Shown here: positions 53,780 to 63,472 of the stretch, one piece after another
Position numbering within the stretch: the stretch's first letter is position 1
How the letters are laid out: every line of letters begins with the position of its first letter
Origin: Pedosphaera sp.
Lineage (GTDB): Bacteria; Verrucomicrobiota; Verrucomicrobiia; Limisphaerales; UBA1096
Direction: 5' to 3'
Assembly: GCA_022451065.1 (NCBI GenBank)
Contig: JAKUOU010000023.1
Coordinates: 1-63,472 of the forward strand
Length of the DNA: 63,472 bases
The notes under the pieces: model-generated
The model's database searches: none
The model's input: the letters and a program-made list of their open reading frames with translations, nothing else
What the model was told of the DNA's origin: nothing
Translations under genes and position numbers: made by a program

Positions 53780-54604
53780 ATGAAAACATCCAAGAAAAAG
53801 GCGTTTACGCTGATTGAACTGTTAGTCGTCATCGCAATCATCGCCATTCTGGCCGGCATGCTTTTGCCTGCCCTGGCCAAGGCCAAGAGCAAGGCAACCG
53901 GCATCTCATGTCTCAGCAACAGCAAGCAATTGATGCTGGCATGGATCTCCTACTCCGGCGACTTTAATGGTGAATTGGTACACAACACCCACGGTGGGGA
54001 AGCACAAAGCAACAATGCCCGCTCCCGATATGCCCAATGGATCATGGGCTGGCTGGACTGGGGCCTGCGTCCCGACAACACCAACGTGCTCCACGTGACT
54101 GATAAACGTTATGCCAAACTTGCTCCCTATCAGGGAAACAGCAAAAACCTGGTCCACTGCCCGGCGGACAAGTATGTCAGCAATACGCAAAAGAAGAAGG
54201 GATGGTCCAAGCGAGTCCGGACTTTCTCGATGAACTCAAACATGGGACAAGGCAACAATAAGCTTTGGTATGGCGATCGGTATCATCAAATTTACCTGAA
54301 GGAGGGTGACATTACTGATCCATCCAACAAATGGGTGGTAGTGGATGAGCATCCGGACAGCATGAACGATGGCTGCTTTTTCACCAACATGACGACCCCC
54401 AACCCGAGTTACGTGGATCTGCCTGGCACAATGCACAATAATGCCGCCGGGTACGGCTTTGCAGATGGCCATTCCGAAATTAAGAAATGGAACCACGAAA
54501 TGAAGAGCGCCATAACCTTCAGTCGCGGTTGGTCACCCAAGGGCGCCGGAGCCAAGGCAGACTGGTTGTGGCATCAGGAACGTTCTGCTGCACCAAGAAA
54601 ATAG
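53780..54604 (+). CDS. prepilin-type / H-X9-DG domain protein
   Basis: AFTLIELL...LPALAKAK; HCPAD; RVRTFSMN; [10 protein letters not shown]; [13 protein letters not shown]. Confidence 0.92.
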   Translation: MKTSKKKAFTLIELLVVIAIIAILAGMLLPALAKAKSKATGISCLSNSKQLMLAWISYSGDFNGELVHNTHGGEAQSNNARSRYAQWIMGWLDWGLRPDNTNVLHVTDKRYAKLAPYQGNSKNLVHCPADKYVSNTQKKKGWSKRVRTFSMNSNMGQGNNKLWYGDRYHQIYLKEGDITDPSNKWVVVDEHPDSMNDGCFFTNMTTPNPSYVDLPGTMHNNAAGYGFADGHSEIKKWNHEMKSAITFSRGWSPKGAGAKADWLWHQERSAAPRK

Positions 54605-54740
54605 AGGGTAAGCCTGATTAAAATTCAGCAATTTAAGTCAAATCCTTTTGGGTTTGCCGCATTTTTTTGTAGAAAAATGCCTTCAAATAGAACAGCGTTG
54701 TCCAAGCCGCTAAAAGTACATCGCCAGAGAACTGATTTTT

Positions 54741-55586
54741 ATGAAAAAATTAAGGAAACAGGCATTTACGCTGATTGAACTGCTCGTGGTCATAGCGATC
54801 ATCGCCATTCTGGCCGCCATGCTCCTGCCCGCCCTGGCTAAAGCTAAAGCCAAGGCACACGGCATCAGCTGCATGAACAATAACAAGCAAATGATGCTGG
54901 CCTGGCGTTTTTTTGCGGAGGACAATGAAGACAGGCTAGTCGGCGCCGCCTCTTGGAATTTTAAGGGAAGACAGGTTCCTAACTGGACCGGGGGGAGTTG
55001 GTTGACGCTCAACAACAAACGGGATCCCAACAACTGGAACCACTCCACCTATACCTACAGAAGCCCCCTATGGCCCTATTGCGGCAAAAGTACCGCGATC
55101 TGGAAATGCCCCGCCGACTACACCACCGCCATCAATAATAAGGGTAAAGCCGTACCCAGGATTCGCAGCATGTCGATGAGCAACTGGGTCGGCGGCCCGG
55201 GCTGGAATGCCTCCGGGTCGTGGTATCCACAGAGTTCGAGCGGCTGGAAAGTATTCACAACCCTGTCGGACTTCACGGACCCCGGCCCATCGGACACTTT
55301 TGTACTGGTCGATGAACGGGAGGACAGCATCAATGACGGCTATTTCGTCGTGGATATGGCCGGTTATCCTGACCGAACCATCAAGCTAGTGGACTACCCT
55401 GCCAGTTACCACAACCGGGCGGCCGGATTCTCGTTTGCTGATGGGCACGCTGAAATCCACAAATGGCTCGACAAGCGAACCACACCGCCGATGAGCAAGA
55501 CGGATCGTCCGCTAAACGTCTCCATGGCGAACAACAAGGACTTGCTCTGGATGATGGAGCACAGCACCCGAAAAGTCGGACGCTGA
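54741..55586 (+). CDS. prepilin-type / H-X9-DG domain protein
   Basis: AFTLIELL...LPALAKAK; KCPAD; RIRSMSMS; [10 protein letters not shown]; [13 protein letters not shown]. Confidence 0.92.
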   Translation: MKKLRKQAFTLIELLVVIAIIAILAAMLLPALAKAKAKAHGISCMNNNKQMMLAWRFFAEDNEDRLVGAASWNFKGRQVPNWTGGSWLTLNNKRDPNNWNHSTYTYRSPLWPYCGKSTAIWKCPADYTTAINNKGKAVPRIRSMSMSNWVGGPGWNASGSWYPQSSSGWKVFTTLSDFTDPGPSDTFVLVDEREDSINDGYFVVDMAGYPDRTIKLVDYPASYHNRAAGFSFADGHAEIHKWLDKRTTPPMSKTDRPLNVSMANNKDLLWMMEHSTRKVGR

Positions 55587-55719
55587 TTCCCGCCAAAAGC
55601 CCGCTCGCAGTGGCAGATTTTTTTGCGCTTGCACAGTCGCTTGGCTTCATTTTTTTTGTCCCAAAAGCATCCACCGTTGACCATTGCCAGCTAAAACCGC
55701 AGTCTCTGCCGCCGGTTAT

Positions 55720-57894
55720 ATGCAGCATACAATCTTGTTCATCTGCACTGGCAATGTCTGCCGCAGCCCGATGGCCGAGGGCCTGTTCAAGAATCTTGTC
55801 GATCAAAACAAGGCAGACCTCATCGTGATATCTGCCGGCGTGGGCGCCCAGAACGGCCAACCGCCAAGCGAGAACGCGATCCGTGCCATGCAGGATCTCG
55901 ATATCGACATCTCCCCGCAGCGTAGCATGATGATGACTGCCGCAATGGCCTCCGAGGCCGACATGATCATCGGCATGACGCACGGCCATATCGAGATGGT
56001 CAACCTCATGTTTCCTCATACGGCAGAAAAGACCTTTCTGCTGCGAGAATTTGATGACTCCCTGCCCCTGCACGAGCGGGAAATCTCCGACCCCATCGGC
56101 TGTTCCTACGAGATCTACTGCCAATGCCGCGACCAGATTCGTGAAGGCATCGATTCGCTTTTGAAATTCATTCAGAAAAACGATGGACCGATTGTCGGCT
56201 CGACGCAACCGATGGTGGAAATGGCCCTCGGCGCAGACCACGCCGGCTACGGGCTAAAGAAAATCCTGGGGAATTACCTAGGGGAAAAAGGCATCGCGTA
56301 TACCGACTTCGGTTGCAACTCGGAGGACAAAGCCGACTACCCAGACTTCGCCCGTGAGGTGGCCCAAACTGTGGCCGACGGGCAGAGCCGACTTGGCCTG
56401 CTGATCTGTAACACCGGCATCGGCATGAGCATGAGCGCCAACAAGGTGCCCGGCATAAGGGCCGCGCTCGCACATGACGAGCAAACCGCCCGGCTCACCC
56501 GCCAACACAACAACGCGAACGTCCTCTGCCTCGGGGCCGCCGCAACGGATGAGGCCTTGGCCAAGAGCATCCTCGACACGTTCATCGAGACCCGGTTCGA
56601 GGACGGCGGCCGCCACGAGCGGCGGGTGAACAAGATGGAGCCTGATGCCGACTCGGCAGCCAGACAGCTACACTCGGTGGATGCCGAGATCGCTCAGGTG
56701 ATCCGCGCCGAGACCGACCGCCAACAGGAAAACATCGAGCTAATCGCGAGCGAAAATTTCACCAGCCCGGCTGTCATGCAGGCGCAGGGCTCGGTGCTCA
56801 CCAACAAATACGCCGAGGGCTACCCGGCCAAGCGCTGGTACGGCGGCTGCGAGCACGTAGATGTCGCTGAGCAATTGGCCATCGAACGCGCCCGACAGCT
56901 TTTCGGCGTCGAGCACGCTAACGTGCAACCCCACTCCGGCAGCGGGGCCAATATGGCTGTTTACTTTTCCGCGCTCCAACCGGGCGACAAGATCCTGACC
57001 ATGGACCTGTCCCACGGCGGACACCTCACCCACGGCAACAAGGCCAACTTCTCGGGACGATTCTACGCGGTCACCCACTACGGCGTGAACCAGGAAACCG
57101 AACAAATAGATTATGACGAGCTGGCCAAAGTAGCAGCCAAGGAAAAACCGGCCATGATCACGGTCGGGGCCAGTGCCTACCCACGCGTCATCGACTTCGA
57201 TCGCATGGGGCAAATCGCCCGCGGGGTGGGTGCGCTGCTGCTGGCCGACATTGCCCACATTGCGGGACTGGTTGCCGCCGGCTTGCACCCCAGCCCGGTC
57301 GGCCATGCTGACTTTGTCACCACAACCACCCACAAGACCCTGCGCGGACCCCGGGGCGGGCTCGTTCTTTGCGGCGCGAAACACGCCAAGGCGATCGACT
57401 CCCAGACCTTCCCCGGCATTCAGGGCGGCCCGCTGATGCACGTCATCGCGGCGAAGGCGGTTTGCTTCAAGGAGGCCCTCCAGCCAGCCTTCGCGGTGTA
57501 TCAGGCCCAGGTCGTGACCAACGCAGCGGCCTTGGCCAAGGGCTTAGCCAAAAACGGTTTCCGGCTCGTCAGCGGCGGCACGGATAACCACCTGATGCTG
57601 GTGGACGTCGGCTCCCGTGACATGACCGGCAAGGAATGCCAGAGCGCGCTCGACGAGGCCGGCATCACAGTCAACAAGAATACCATCCCCTTTGAGACGC
57701 GTTCCCCCTTCCAAGCCAGTGGGATACGGATTGGTTCACCCGCCGTAACCACGCGCGGCATGGGCGAGCCCGAGATGGCCGACATTGCTGATATGATTAG
57801 CGAGGTGCTGTTCGACATAAATAATGTTGACAAACAGGCCGCCGTCAGGCAGCGTGTCCGGCAACTGACCGCAGGATTCCCCTTGGTATATTAA
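55720..57894 (+). CDS. glyA: triple fusion: low-molecular-weight phosphatase + ribose-5-phosphate isomerase B + serine hydroxymethyltransferase
   Basis: Start ATG 55720; P-loop [13 protein letters not shown] and DPIG; RpiB motifs GADHAG, DYPD, CNTGIG, HNNANVL, GRHERRV; SHMT motifs [28 protein letters not shown]; single uninterrupted frame. Confidence 0.93.
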   Translation: MQHTILFICTGNVCRSPMAEGLFKNLVDQNKADLIVISAGVGAQNGQPPSENAIRAMQDLDIDISPQRSMMMTAAMASEADMIIGMTHGHIEMVNLMFPHTAEKTFLLREFDDSLPLHEREISDPIGCSYEIYCQCRDQIREGIDSLLKFIQKNDGPIVGSTQPMVEMALGADHAGYGLKKILGNYLGEKGIAYTDFGCNSEDKADYPDFAREVAQTVADGQSRLGLLICNTGIGMSMSANKVPGIRAALAHDEQTARLTRQHNNANVLCLGAAATDEALAKSILDTFIETRFEDGGRHERRVNKMEPDADSAARQLHSVDAEIAQVIRAETDRQQENIELIASENFTSPAVMQAQGSVLTNKYAEGYPAKRWYGGCEHVDVAEQLAIERARQLFGVEHANVQPHSGSGANMAVYFSALQPGDKILTMDLSHGGHLTHGNKANFSGRFYAVTHYGVNQETEQIDYDELAKVAAKEKPAMITVGASAYPRVIDFDRMGQIARGVGALLLADIAHIAGLVAAGLHPSPVGHADFVTTTTHKTLRGPRGGLVLCGAKHAKAIDSQTFPGIQGGPLMHVIAAKAVCFKEALQPAFAVYQAQVVTNAAALAKGLAKNGFRLVSGGTDNHLMLVDVGSRDMTGKECQSALDEAGITVNKNTIPFETRSPFQASGIRIGSPAVTTRGMGEPEMADIADMISEVLFDINNVDKQAAVRQRVRQLTAGFPLVY

Positions 57895-58044
57895 AAGTTC
57901 CCCGCTGGATTTCACTCCGTGGGATTGTTGGTATTTGCCTTGGACAGGGCAAAGAATAGAAAAACCGACGTAGTATCCCACGCATACCCGATGATTTAGT
58001 TGGGGATTTCGACTGTCGTCCAATAGGAGGGTTCTTGCCCAAAA

Positions 58045-59508
58045 ATGAAAAACACAGGTCATAAAAACAGAGGGAGTAAAGGCTCCCGCAAGAAAAAATC
58101 TACCGGATTGGCCGCCACCGAGGCCGCCGCCATTCGTAACAAGTACCTCCGTGCCTATGGCGAAACACCCTCTCCAGTAGAAACATCCACCCCCGACGAC
58201 AAGGACGAGACATTGGAAGAATCCACTTTAACAGAAAAACCAAAGGGAGACTCCGTGAACATGAGCCAGTTGCAGGCGCTCGAGATGCCTGAACTGAACA
58301 AGATGGCCAAGAAACTGGAGATCCCCAACTACGGCTCGTTGCAGAAGAACGAATTGATCTTCCAAATCCTGCAACGCAACGCCGAGAAAACCGGCGTGCT
58401 CTACACCGAGGGGGTCCTCGAGATCCTGCCGGAAGGGTTCGGCTTTCTCCGGTCCGAAAGTTTCAACTACCTGCCCTGCCCAGAGGATGTTTACGTTTCG
58501 CCGTCACAGATACGCCGGTTTGACCTCCAGACAGGCGATATCATCTCTGGGGAAATCCGGCGCCCGAAGGACAGGGAACGATTCTTTGCCCTCGTCAAGG
58601 TGGCCTCCGTGGGTCACGAGGAACCGGAGGCCGCCAAGGACAAGATTCATTTCGACAATCTCACGCCTCTCTTCCCGGAGGAGCGCTTCCTCCTCGAGAA
58701 CGACCCGGAGGAATATTCCACCCGCGTGATGGACCTGGTCTGCCCGATAGGCAAGGGCACGCGCGGCCTGATTGTCGCGCCGCCGCGTACCGGCAAGACG
58801 GTGCTGATGCAAAATCTGGCCAACGCCGTCATCAAGAACAATCCCGAGGTGTACCTGTTCATCCTGCTGATCGACGAGCGCCCGGAGGAGGTCACCGATA
58901 TGACCCGCACCTGCAGGGCCGCCGAGGTGGTCAGTTCCACCTTCGACGAGCCGCCCGAGCGCCACGTACAGGTGGCCGAGATGGTCATCGAGAAGGCCAA
59001 GCGCATGGTCGAGCACAAGCACCATGTGATGATCCTGCTCGACTCTATCACCCGGCTAGCCCGCGCCTACAACACTGTCCAACCCCACTCCGGCAAAATT
59101 CTCTCCGGCGGCGTGGACGCCAACGCCCTGCACAAGCCCAAGCGCTTCTTCGGTGCGGCCCGGAACATCGAGGAAGGCGGCTCACTCACCATCTGTGCCA
59201 CCGCCCTTGTCGACACCGGTTCGCGGATGGATGAGGTCATTTTCGAGGAATTCAAGGGAACAGGCAACATGGAGGTGCACCTCGACCGCTCGCTGGTCGA
59301 TCGCCGCATCTTCCCCTCCATCAACGTCGAGTTGTCAGGCACCCGCAAGGAGGAACTGCTCTACCATCCGCAGGAACTGCCACGCATCGTCACGCTGCGC
59401 CGCGCACTCACCGGTGTTCCGCCGGTTGAAGGCATGGAATTGCTACTCGGCAAGCTGAAAAAAACCGAGAACAACATCGAGTTCCTGCTCAAGATGACGG
59501 TGGACTGA
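58045..59508 (+). CDS. rho: transcription termination factor Rho
   Basis: [66 protein letters not shown]; low-complexity N-terminal extension. Confidence 0.97.
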   Translation: MKNTGHKNRGSKGSRKKKSTGLAATEAAAIRNKYLRAYGETPSPVETSTPDDKDETLEESTLTEKPKGDSVNMSQLQALEMPELNKMAKKLEIPNYGSLQKNELIFQILQRNAEKTGVLYTEGVLEILPEGFGFLRSESFNYLPCPEDVYVSPSQIRRFDLQTGDIISGEIRRPKDRERFFALVKVASVGHEEPEAAKDKIHFDNLTPLFPEERFLLENDPEEYSTRVMDLVCPIGKGTRGLIVAPPRTGKTVLMQNLANAVIKNNPEVYLFILLIDERPEEVTDMTRTCRAAEVVSSTFDEPPERHVQVAEMVIEKAKRMVEHKHHVMILLDSITRLARAYNTVQPHSGKILSGGVDANALHKPKRFFGAARNIEEGGSLTICATALVDTGSRMDEVIFEEFKGTGNMEVHLDRSLVDRRIFPSINVELSGTRKEELLYHPQELPRIVTLRRALTGVPPVEGMELLLGKLKKTENNIEFLLKMTVD

Positions 59509-59646
59509 TCCACCTCACGAAACAACCCTTCTTCCAGTCAGAATAGTATTGGTGGTCTGCATCAAGATTAATTGCTTCACTCACTCTGATAGCTTCCGGT
59601 AGTTCGCGCACTCATTTGAGGCACCAAGCCCACCAAGGAGATCCGT

Positions 59647-61533
59647 TCACTGGATCCGGCCGAATTTTTTTTCCAGCTCGAGATAGTTCATCTCAATGAT
59701 AGTCGGCCGCCCATGCGGGCAGGTGTACGGCATCTCACAGCGCCGCAGGTCGTCCACGAGATTCTGCAATTCCTCCTCCCGCAGCGCGTCGTTGGCCTTC
59801 ACCGCATGGCGGCAGACAGTCTTGGCGATCACGTCCTCGCCTAGCCGCAGCGCGTTCACCCCCTCGCCGGCCGCCTGCAACTTGTCCACCAGTTCGAGAA
59901 CGAACTTGCGGGAGTCGGAAGCCTTGACGAACGGTGGCAGGGCATCGAGCAGAAATGTCTGTTCACCAAACCCGCTCAATCCCACGCCCAGCCGGTTGAG
60001 CGTCTCCATTGTCCCGCTTAAGAACTGCGCCTCCCTTGGCGGCAGCTCCACGGTCTCCGGCAGCAGCAGTTTTTGCGACGCCGCCTGGCCTTCCGTCTCC
60101 ATGCGCCGGAGCATCTGCTCGTAAAGCACCCGCTCGTGTGCGGCATGCTGATCCAGTAACACCAGCCCCTTGTCCGACTCGAGCACGACGTACAGCTTGC
60201 CAACCACGCCGACAAGCCGCAGCGGCACATGCAGCAGCGGCAACGGCACTTCAGCCGCCTGTCCAGATGGAGCGGGCAGCGCCGTAGTCCGCACAGAATC
60301 GTTCTGGAGTGCAATCGGTTGCGCTTGACCAAGCCCAGCTGGTGCTGGCTCGTTGCCAAGCTCTTGCTGCTTCGGAATCCCCGACAGCGAGCTGGATGTT
60401 ACATCCACCGCCTCATCAGCCGTCATGAACACAGACGCAGGTTTTTCGTTGTGAAAAGCCAGCAGTGTTTCCTGCACGGCCTGTGTGAGCAGACGCCTCA
60501 CATCCCGCTCGTGATGAAACTTCACCTCGCGCTTGGCTGGGTGGATGTTGACGTCCACCTCGGCCGGGGCGATCTCGATGAACAGGCAGCATACCGGAAA
60601 CTGCCCCTTCATCAGCGCGGTGTGATAGCCCTCCATGAGCGCACGATTGAGGCTCAGATTCTCAATGGGCCGACGGTTCACGAACAGATGCTGGTTGGCA
60701 CGAGTCGATCGCGACACACCTGGCGCCCCGATCAACCCCCAGGTACGCACCGTTGTCTGCCCGTCCCATTGCATGCCTATCTCCGGGTCGTCCGGGATCG
60801 CCTTAGCCACCCGGTAGTCGCCACTGGAATCGACATTCAACAGGCTGATGCCCTCGCCGTGCAACGCTGCCATTCGCTCGCGCACTGCGGAAAGTTGGGA
60901 GTCGGGAGTGTCATCCAACCTGCACGGCGGCAGCTCCCACACTTTGCGCTGGTCGCTGTTGAACACAAAACCCACTGCCGGGTTGGCCAGCGCCGCCAGC
61001 GTCATGAAATGCTGGATGTGGCTGCGCTCGGTTTCCGGCGTGCGAAGGAACTTGCGTCTCGCCGGCAGGTTGTAAAACAGCGAGCGTACCTCGATCGTGG
61101 TGCCGACAGCGTGCCCGGCAGATTCCACTGAGCGGATCTTGCCAGCGTGAATGTCGATGCGCGTCCCCTCGCCGGTCTCGTTGTCGCTTGCCAGCGTGGT
61201 CAGTGCCATACGGCTCACGCTGGCGATGCTGGGGATCGCCTCGCCGCGAAAGCCCATCGTACCGATCGAGGCTAGATCCTCCGCCTGTTGTATTTTGCTG
61301 GTGGCGTGCCTCTCGAGGCAAAGCAGGGCATCGTCACGGTTCATGCCCCTACCGTTGTCGGCCACGCGAATGAGGCTACGTCCGCCGGACTGTATGTCCA
61401 AGGTGATGCGCGTCGCCCCGGCATCGATCGCGTTCTCGACCAGTTCCTTCACAACGCTGGCCGGTCGCTCCACCACCTCACCGGCGGCGATCTGATTGGC
61501 GACGATTTCTGGAAGGAGACGGATGGAACCCAT
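59647..61533 (-). CDS. mutL: DNA mismatch repair endonuclease MutL
   Basis: Start ATG 61533 (IRLLPEIVANQIAAGEVVERPASVVKELVEN); GFRGEA; DVNIHPAK; DQHAAHER; CPHGRP. Confidence 0.97.
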   Translation of the reverse strand: MGSIRLLPEIVANQIAAGEVVERPASVVKELVENAIDAGATRITLDIQSGGRSLIRVADNGRGMNRDDALLCLERHATSKIQQAEDLASIGTMGFRGEAIPSIASVSRMALTTLASDNETGEGTRIDIHAGKIRSVESAGHAVGTTIEVRSLFYNLPARRKFLRTPETERSHIQHFMTLAALANPAVGFVFNSDQRKVWELPPCRLDDTPDSQLSAVRERMAALHGEGISLLNVDSSGDYRVAKAIPDDPEIGMQWDGQTTVRTWGLIGAPGVSRSTRANQHLFVNRRPIENLSLNRALMEGYHTALMKGQFPVCCLFIEIAPAEVDVNIHPAKREVKFHHERDVRRLLTQAVQETLLAFHNEKPASVFMTADEAVDVTSSSLSGIPKQQELGNEPAPAGLGQAQPIALQNDSVRTTALPAPSGQAAEVPLPLLHVPLRLVGVVGKLYVVLESDKGLVLLDQHAAHERVLYEQMLRRMETEGQAASQKLLLPETVELPPREAQFLSGTMETLNRLGVGLSGFGEQTFLLDALPPFVKASDSRKFVLELVDKLQAAGEGVNALRLGEDVIAKTVCRHAVKANDALREEELQNLVDDLRRCEMPYTCPHGRPTIIEMNYLELEKKFGRIQ

Positions 61534-61603
61534 GCTGCGCCGCCACTCTAAGGGCAGCACTTTGCGGTCCCAAGCGTTTTTGAAGCGCGCTTGACCAAGT
61601 TGG

Positions 61604-62995
61604 TCAGCGCTTGGCCAGGCGGGACAATTTCTCGACCTGGTCGAGATATCGCTGCACGCTCTCACGCGGGCGCTTGGCCTGGGCCGACTTGAGCAGCGGC
61701 ACGGCTTTGGCGTACTGGCTGCGATGCACCAAAAACTGGGCATGGGCAACCTTGGCCCGTACTTCAAAGTCATCCAGTTGCTCGGCGCGCTGGAAAAACA
61801 GCTCGGCCTTCTCGGCATCATCACTGCGCCCATGGTAGTCGGCCAACAGCAACAGCGACTCACCGTCTAGCGGATCCCTGTCGACAATCTGCTCAAGCGT
61901 CCTCACCGCCTTGGTTTCCTCGCCCTTGGCCAGCTGCACACGAGCCTCCAGCTGCAGAATCTTCAGCCGGTCGGCCTCCTTGAACTGGTTTTTGTGGATC
62001 GATCGAATCTGCGCGAGCAGCGTGTTGCCGCGCTCGAATTCACCGACCGAGATCAGGATGTCCGCCGCTTGAATCGGCGGTGCGATCTCGCGGGCCTTGT
62101 CGGCGATGGCTGCGTCGCGGTACGCCTCAAATGCAAGGTCGTAGGTGCTCTCGTTGATGTAAATGTCGCCCAGCTGGTTAAGCACCTTGGCATCGGCCTT
62201 GCCCATGCGCCGGACAATCTCGTAATTGGTCGCGGCTTTTTGTGATTCAGCCAGCCCAAGGTACGCGTTGGCCTGGTGCAGCCAGTAGTCAGCGTTGTCC
62301 GGATCCTTTTGGATCAGTTCGCCGAACAACGTCACGCACTCGCCGTACTTCTGCTGTTGCAACTGGCACTGGGCGATGCCGAGCTTCCAGTCGATCTTGT
62401 CCGGCGAGAAAAGGGATGCCTTGCGATAGGCCGCCTCGGCCGAGAGATATTTTTCACCGATCAAATGGCAGTAACCGATGAGACCGTAAATGTTGCCGTC
62501 CTCACCGCCCAACTCGAGCGTGCGCACGAGTTCCTTTTGCGCCTCCGCATGCCGGTTCAACTGGACCAACACCACGCCAAGGTTCATGTGAGCGCGCTGG
62601 AAGTCCGGGAACTTCTTGATTGCCAGTCGGTAATGCACCACCGCCCTCGAGTAGTTGGTCGCCTGCACGTACAGGTTCGCCAGGGTGAAGTCCAGCGCCG
62701 CGCTTGACTCTGGCTTGATGGCCTCGGTCAGCACGACAATGGCCTGCTTGGGGTCGGCCTGGATCTGCGGGATAAGCTCGTCGAACAGCTCCTTTTCGTC
62801 GGCGTTGATTTTCGGCTCCACGTCGGACTTGACGCCGTAGCTGGCCATGAACTTGTTGATGAACTCGGGGTCTTTCCAAAACTGCAACGTCCTGGCGAAA
62901 GTAGGCTGCGCCCGGCCAAGCGCCGGAGCCAGCAGGCCAAGCGCCAGCAGCAAACCAAGCCAGACACGGCGTGTTTTGTTCGTAGGCTTCATCAT
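61604..62995 (-). CDS. secreted tetratricopeptide repeat protein
   Basis: Start ATG 62995 (ATGA overlap with the tonB stop); signal peptide; repeated TPR-like helices (AIKKFPDFQRAHMNLG, DPDNADYW). Confidence 0.85.
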   Translation of the reverse strand: MMKPTNKTRRVWLGLLLALGLLAPALGRAQPTFARTLQFWKDPEFINKFMASYGVKSDVEPKINADEKELFDELIPQIQADPKQAIVVLTEAIKPESSAALDFTLANLYVQATNYSRAVVHYRLAIKKFPDFQRAHMNLGVVLVQLNRHAEAQKELVRTLELGGEDGNIYGLIGYCHLIGEKYLSAEAAYRKASLFSPDKIDWKLGIAQCQLQQQKYGECVTLFGELIQKDPDNADYWLHQANAYLGLAESQKAATNYEIVRRMGKADAKVLNQLGDIYINESTYDLAFEAYRDAAIADKAREIAPPIQAADILISVGEFERGNTLLAQIRSIHKNQFKEADRLKILQLEARVQLAKGEETKAVRTLEQIVDRDPLDGESLLLLADYHGRSDDAEKAELFFQRAEQLDDFEVRAKVAHAQFLVHRSQYAKAVPLLKSAQAKRPRESVQRYLDQVEKLSRLAKR

Positions 62996-63472
62996 TGTTT
63001 TCCGAAGTAGAAGGGTTGAATTTTTCTCACAGCGACCTTTCTGCCGTCCTTGATTGCCGGACTGAATTTCCATCGCCGAATCACCCGCGTTACTTCGCGT
63101 TTGAATTCGTCATGGGTGAAGCGGCGAATCTTGTAATCCGTCACCCGCCCCTCCTCATCGATCACGATTGATACGTCCACCCTGCCCTTGATACGGTTCA
63201 ATAACAGCTTGGGCGGGTACTGCGGTGGAATCCGCACCAGCGGACGTGGCTCGCGGTCCACTTCCGAGAGGTCGAAAATCTTCATCTCCGCGATGGCATC
63301 GGTCGCGACTTTCGGATTCAACCCGGCATAGATGCCAACACCACCCGCGCCTGGATTGAGCGCGAGCTCGAGTTGACTTAAAGTCAGCATCTGTTGTTCC
63401 TCCTGCAGTTCCGGTTTTTCCTCATCCTCCTCTTCCTCGGGCGGCGGAGGCGGGGGTGGCGGCGGCGGAGGC
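62992..63472 (-). CDS. tonB: energy transducer TonB (5'-truncated by window edge)
   Basis: Frame is open to the window end and reads P11-EEEEDEEKPELQEEQQ; C-terminal TonB domain PQYP...GRV.V...IDEEG.V...WKFSPA.KDG. Confidence 0.88.
   Translation of the reverse strand, partial: PPPPPPPPPPPEEEEDEEKPELQEEQQMLTLSQLELALNPGAGGVGIYAGLNPKVATDAIAEMKIFDLSEVDREPRPLVRIPPQYPPKLLLNRIKGRVDVSIVIDEEGRVTDYKIRRFTHDEFKREVTRVIRRWKFSPAIKDGRKVAVRKIQPFYFGKQ

Noticed and set aside
52533-55586. Diversity-generating retroelement or pilin gene-conversion cassettes
   Set aside because: No reverse transcriptase or recombinase, no template/variable repeat pair; each copy is full length and the conserved 5' ends differ at synonymous sites.
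59509-59646. tRNA, sRNA or terminator between convergent rho and mutL
   Set aside because: No cloverleaf and no strong hairpin with a U-tract found by eye.
61534-61863. 110-aa N-terminal extension of MutL in the ORF track
   Set aside because: Overlaps the TPR gene in another frame; the canonical MutL start and a candidate promoter lie at 61533-61573.

Overview
Bacterial chromosomal segment of moderately high GC (about 55-60% by eye), with several AT-richer islets. It is most likely from the PVC superphylum, probably Verrucomicrobiota. This is an inference from five prepilin-type/H-X9-DG proteins, planctomycete-type cytochrome c domains, a DUF1501 protein and Tat-exported Gfo/Idh/MocA and TIM-barrel proteins. 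Housekeeping genes: clpB, recO, ybeY, phoH, manC, trpA, holB, aroQ, gap, katG, cysH-cysD-cysN-cysC, waaA, rpsO-pnp, rho, mutL, partial tonB. Accessory genes: a MacAB-like ABC exporter with three permeases, an orphan GAF histidine kinase, two purple-acid-phosphatase-type proteins, a RidA / PLP enzyme / YhdT / PanF-like module and an LMW-phosphatase-RpiB-GlyA triple fusion. I recognised no rRNA, tRNA, CRISPR array, transposase or integrase. The strongest unexplained signal is a dispersed, highly iterated palindrome, CTTGGCCAAG (extended form GCGCTTGGCCAAGCGC). A manual scan found 15 exact copies plus many one-mismatch copies, in different reading frames and in intergenic DNA. Also notable: many sigma70-like promoters sit only 6-16 nt upstream of start codons (candidate leaderless or near-leaderless mRNAs), and there is a long G-U-rich hairpin in the pnp leader. 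All functional calls come from motif recognition, not database searches.
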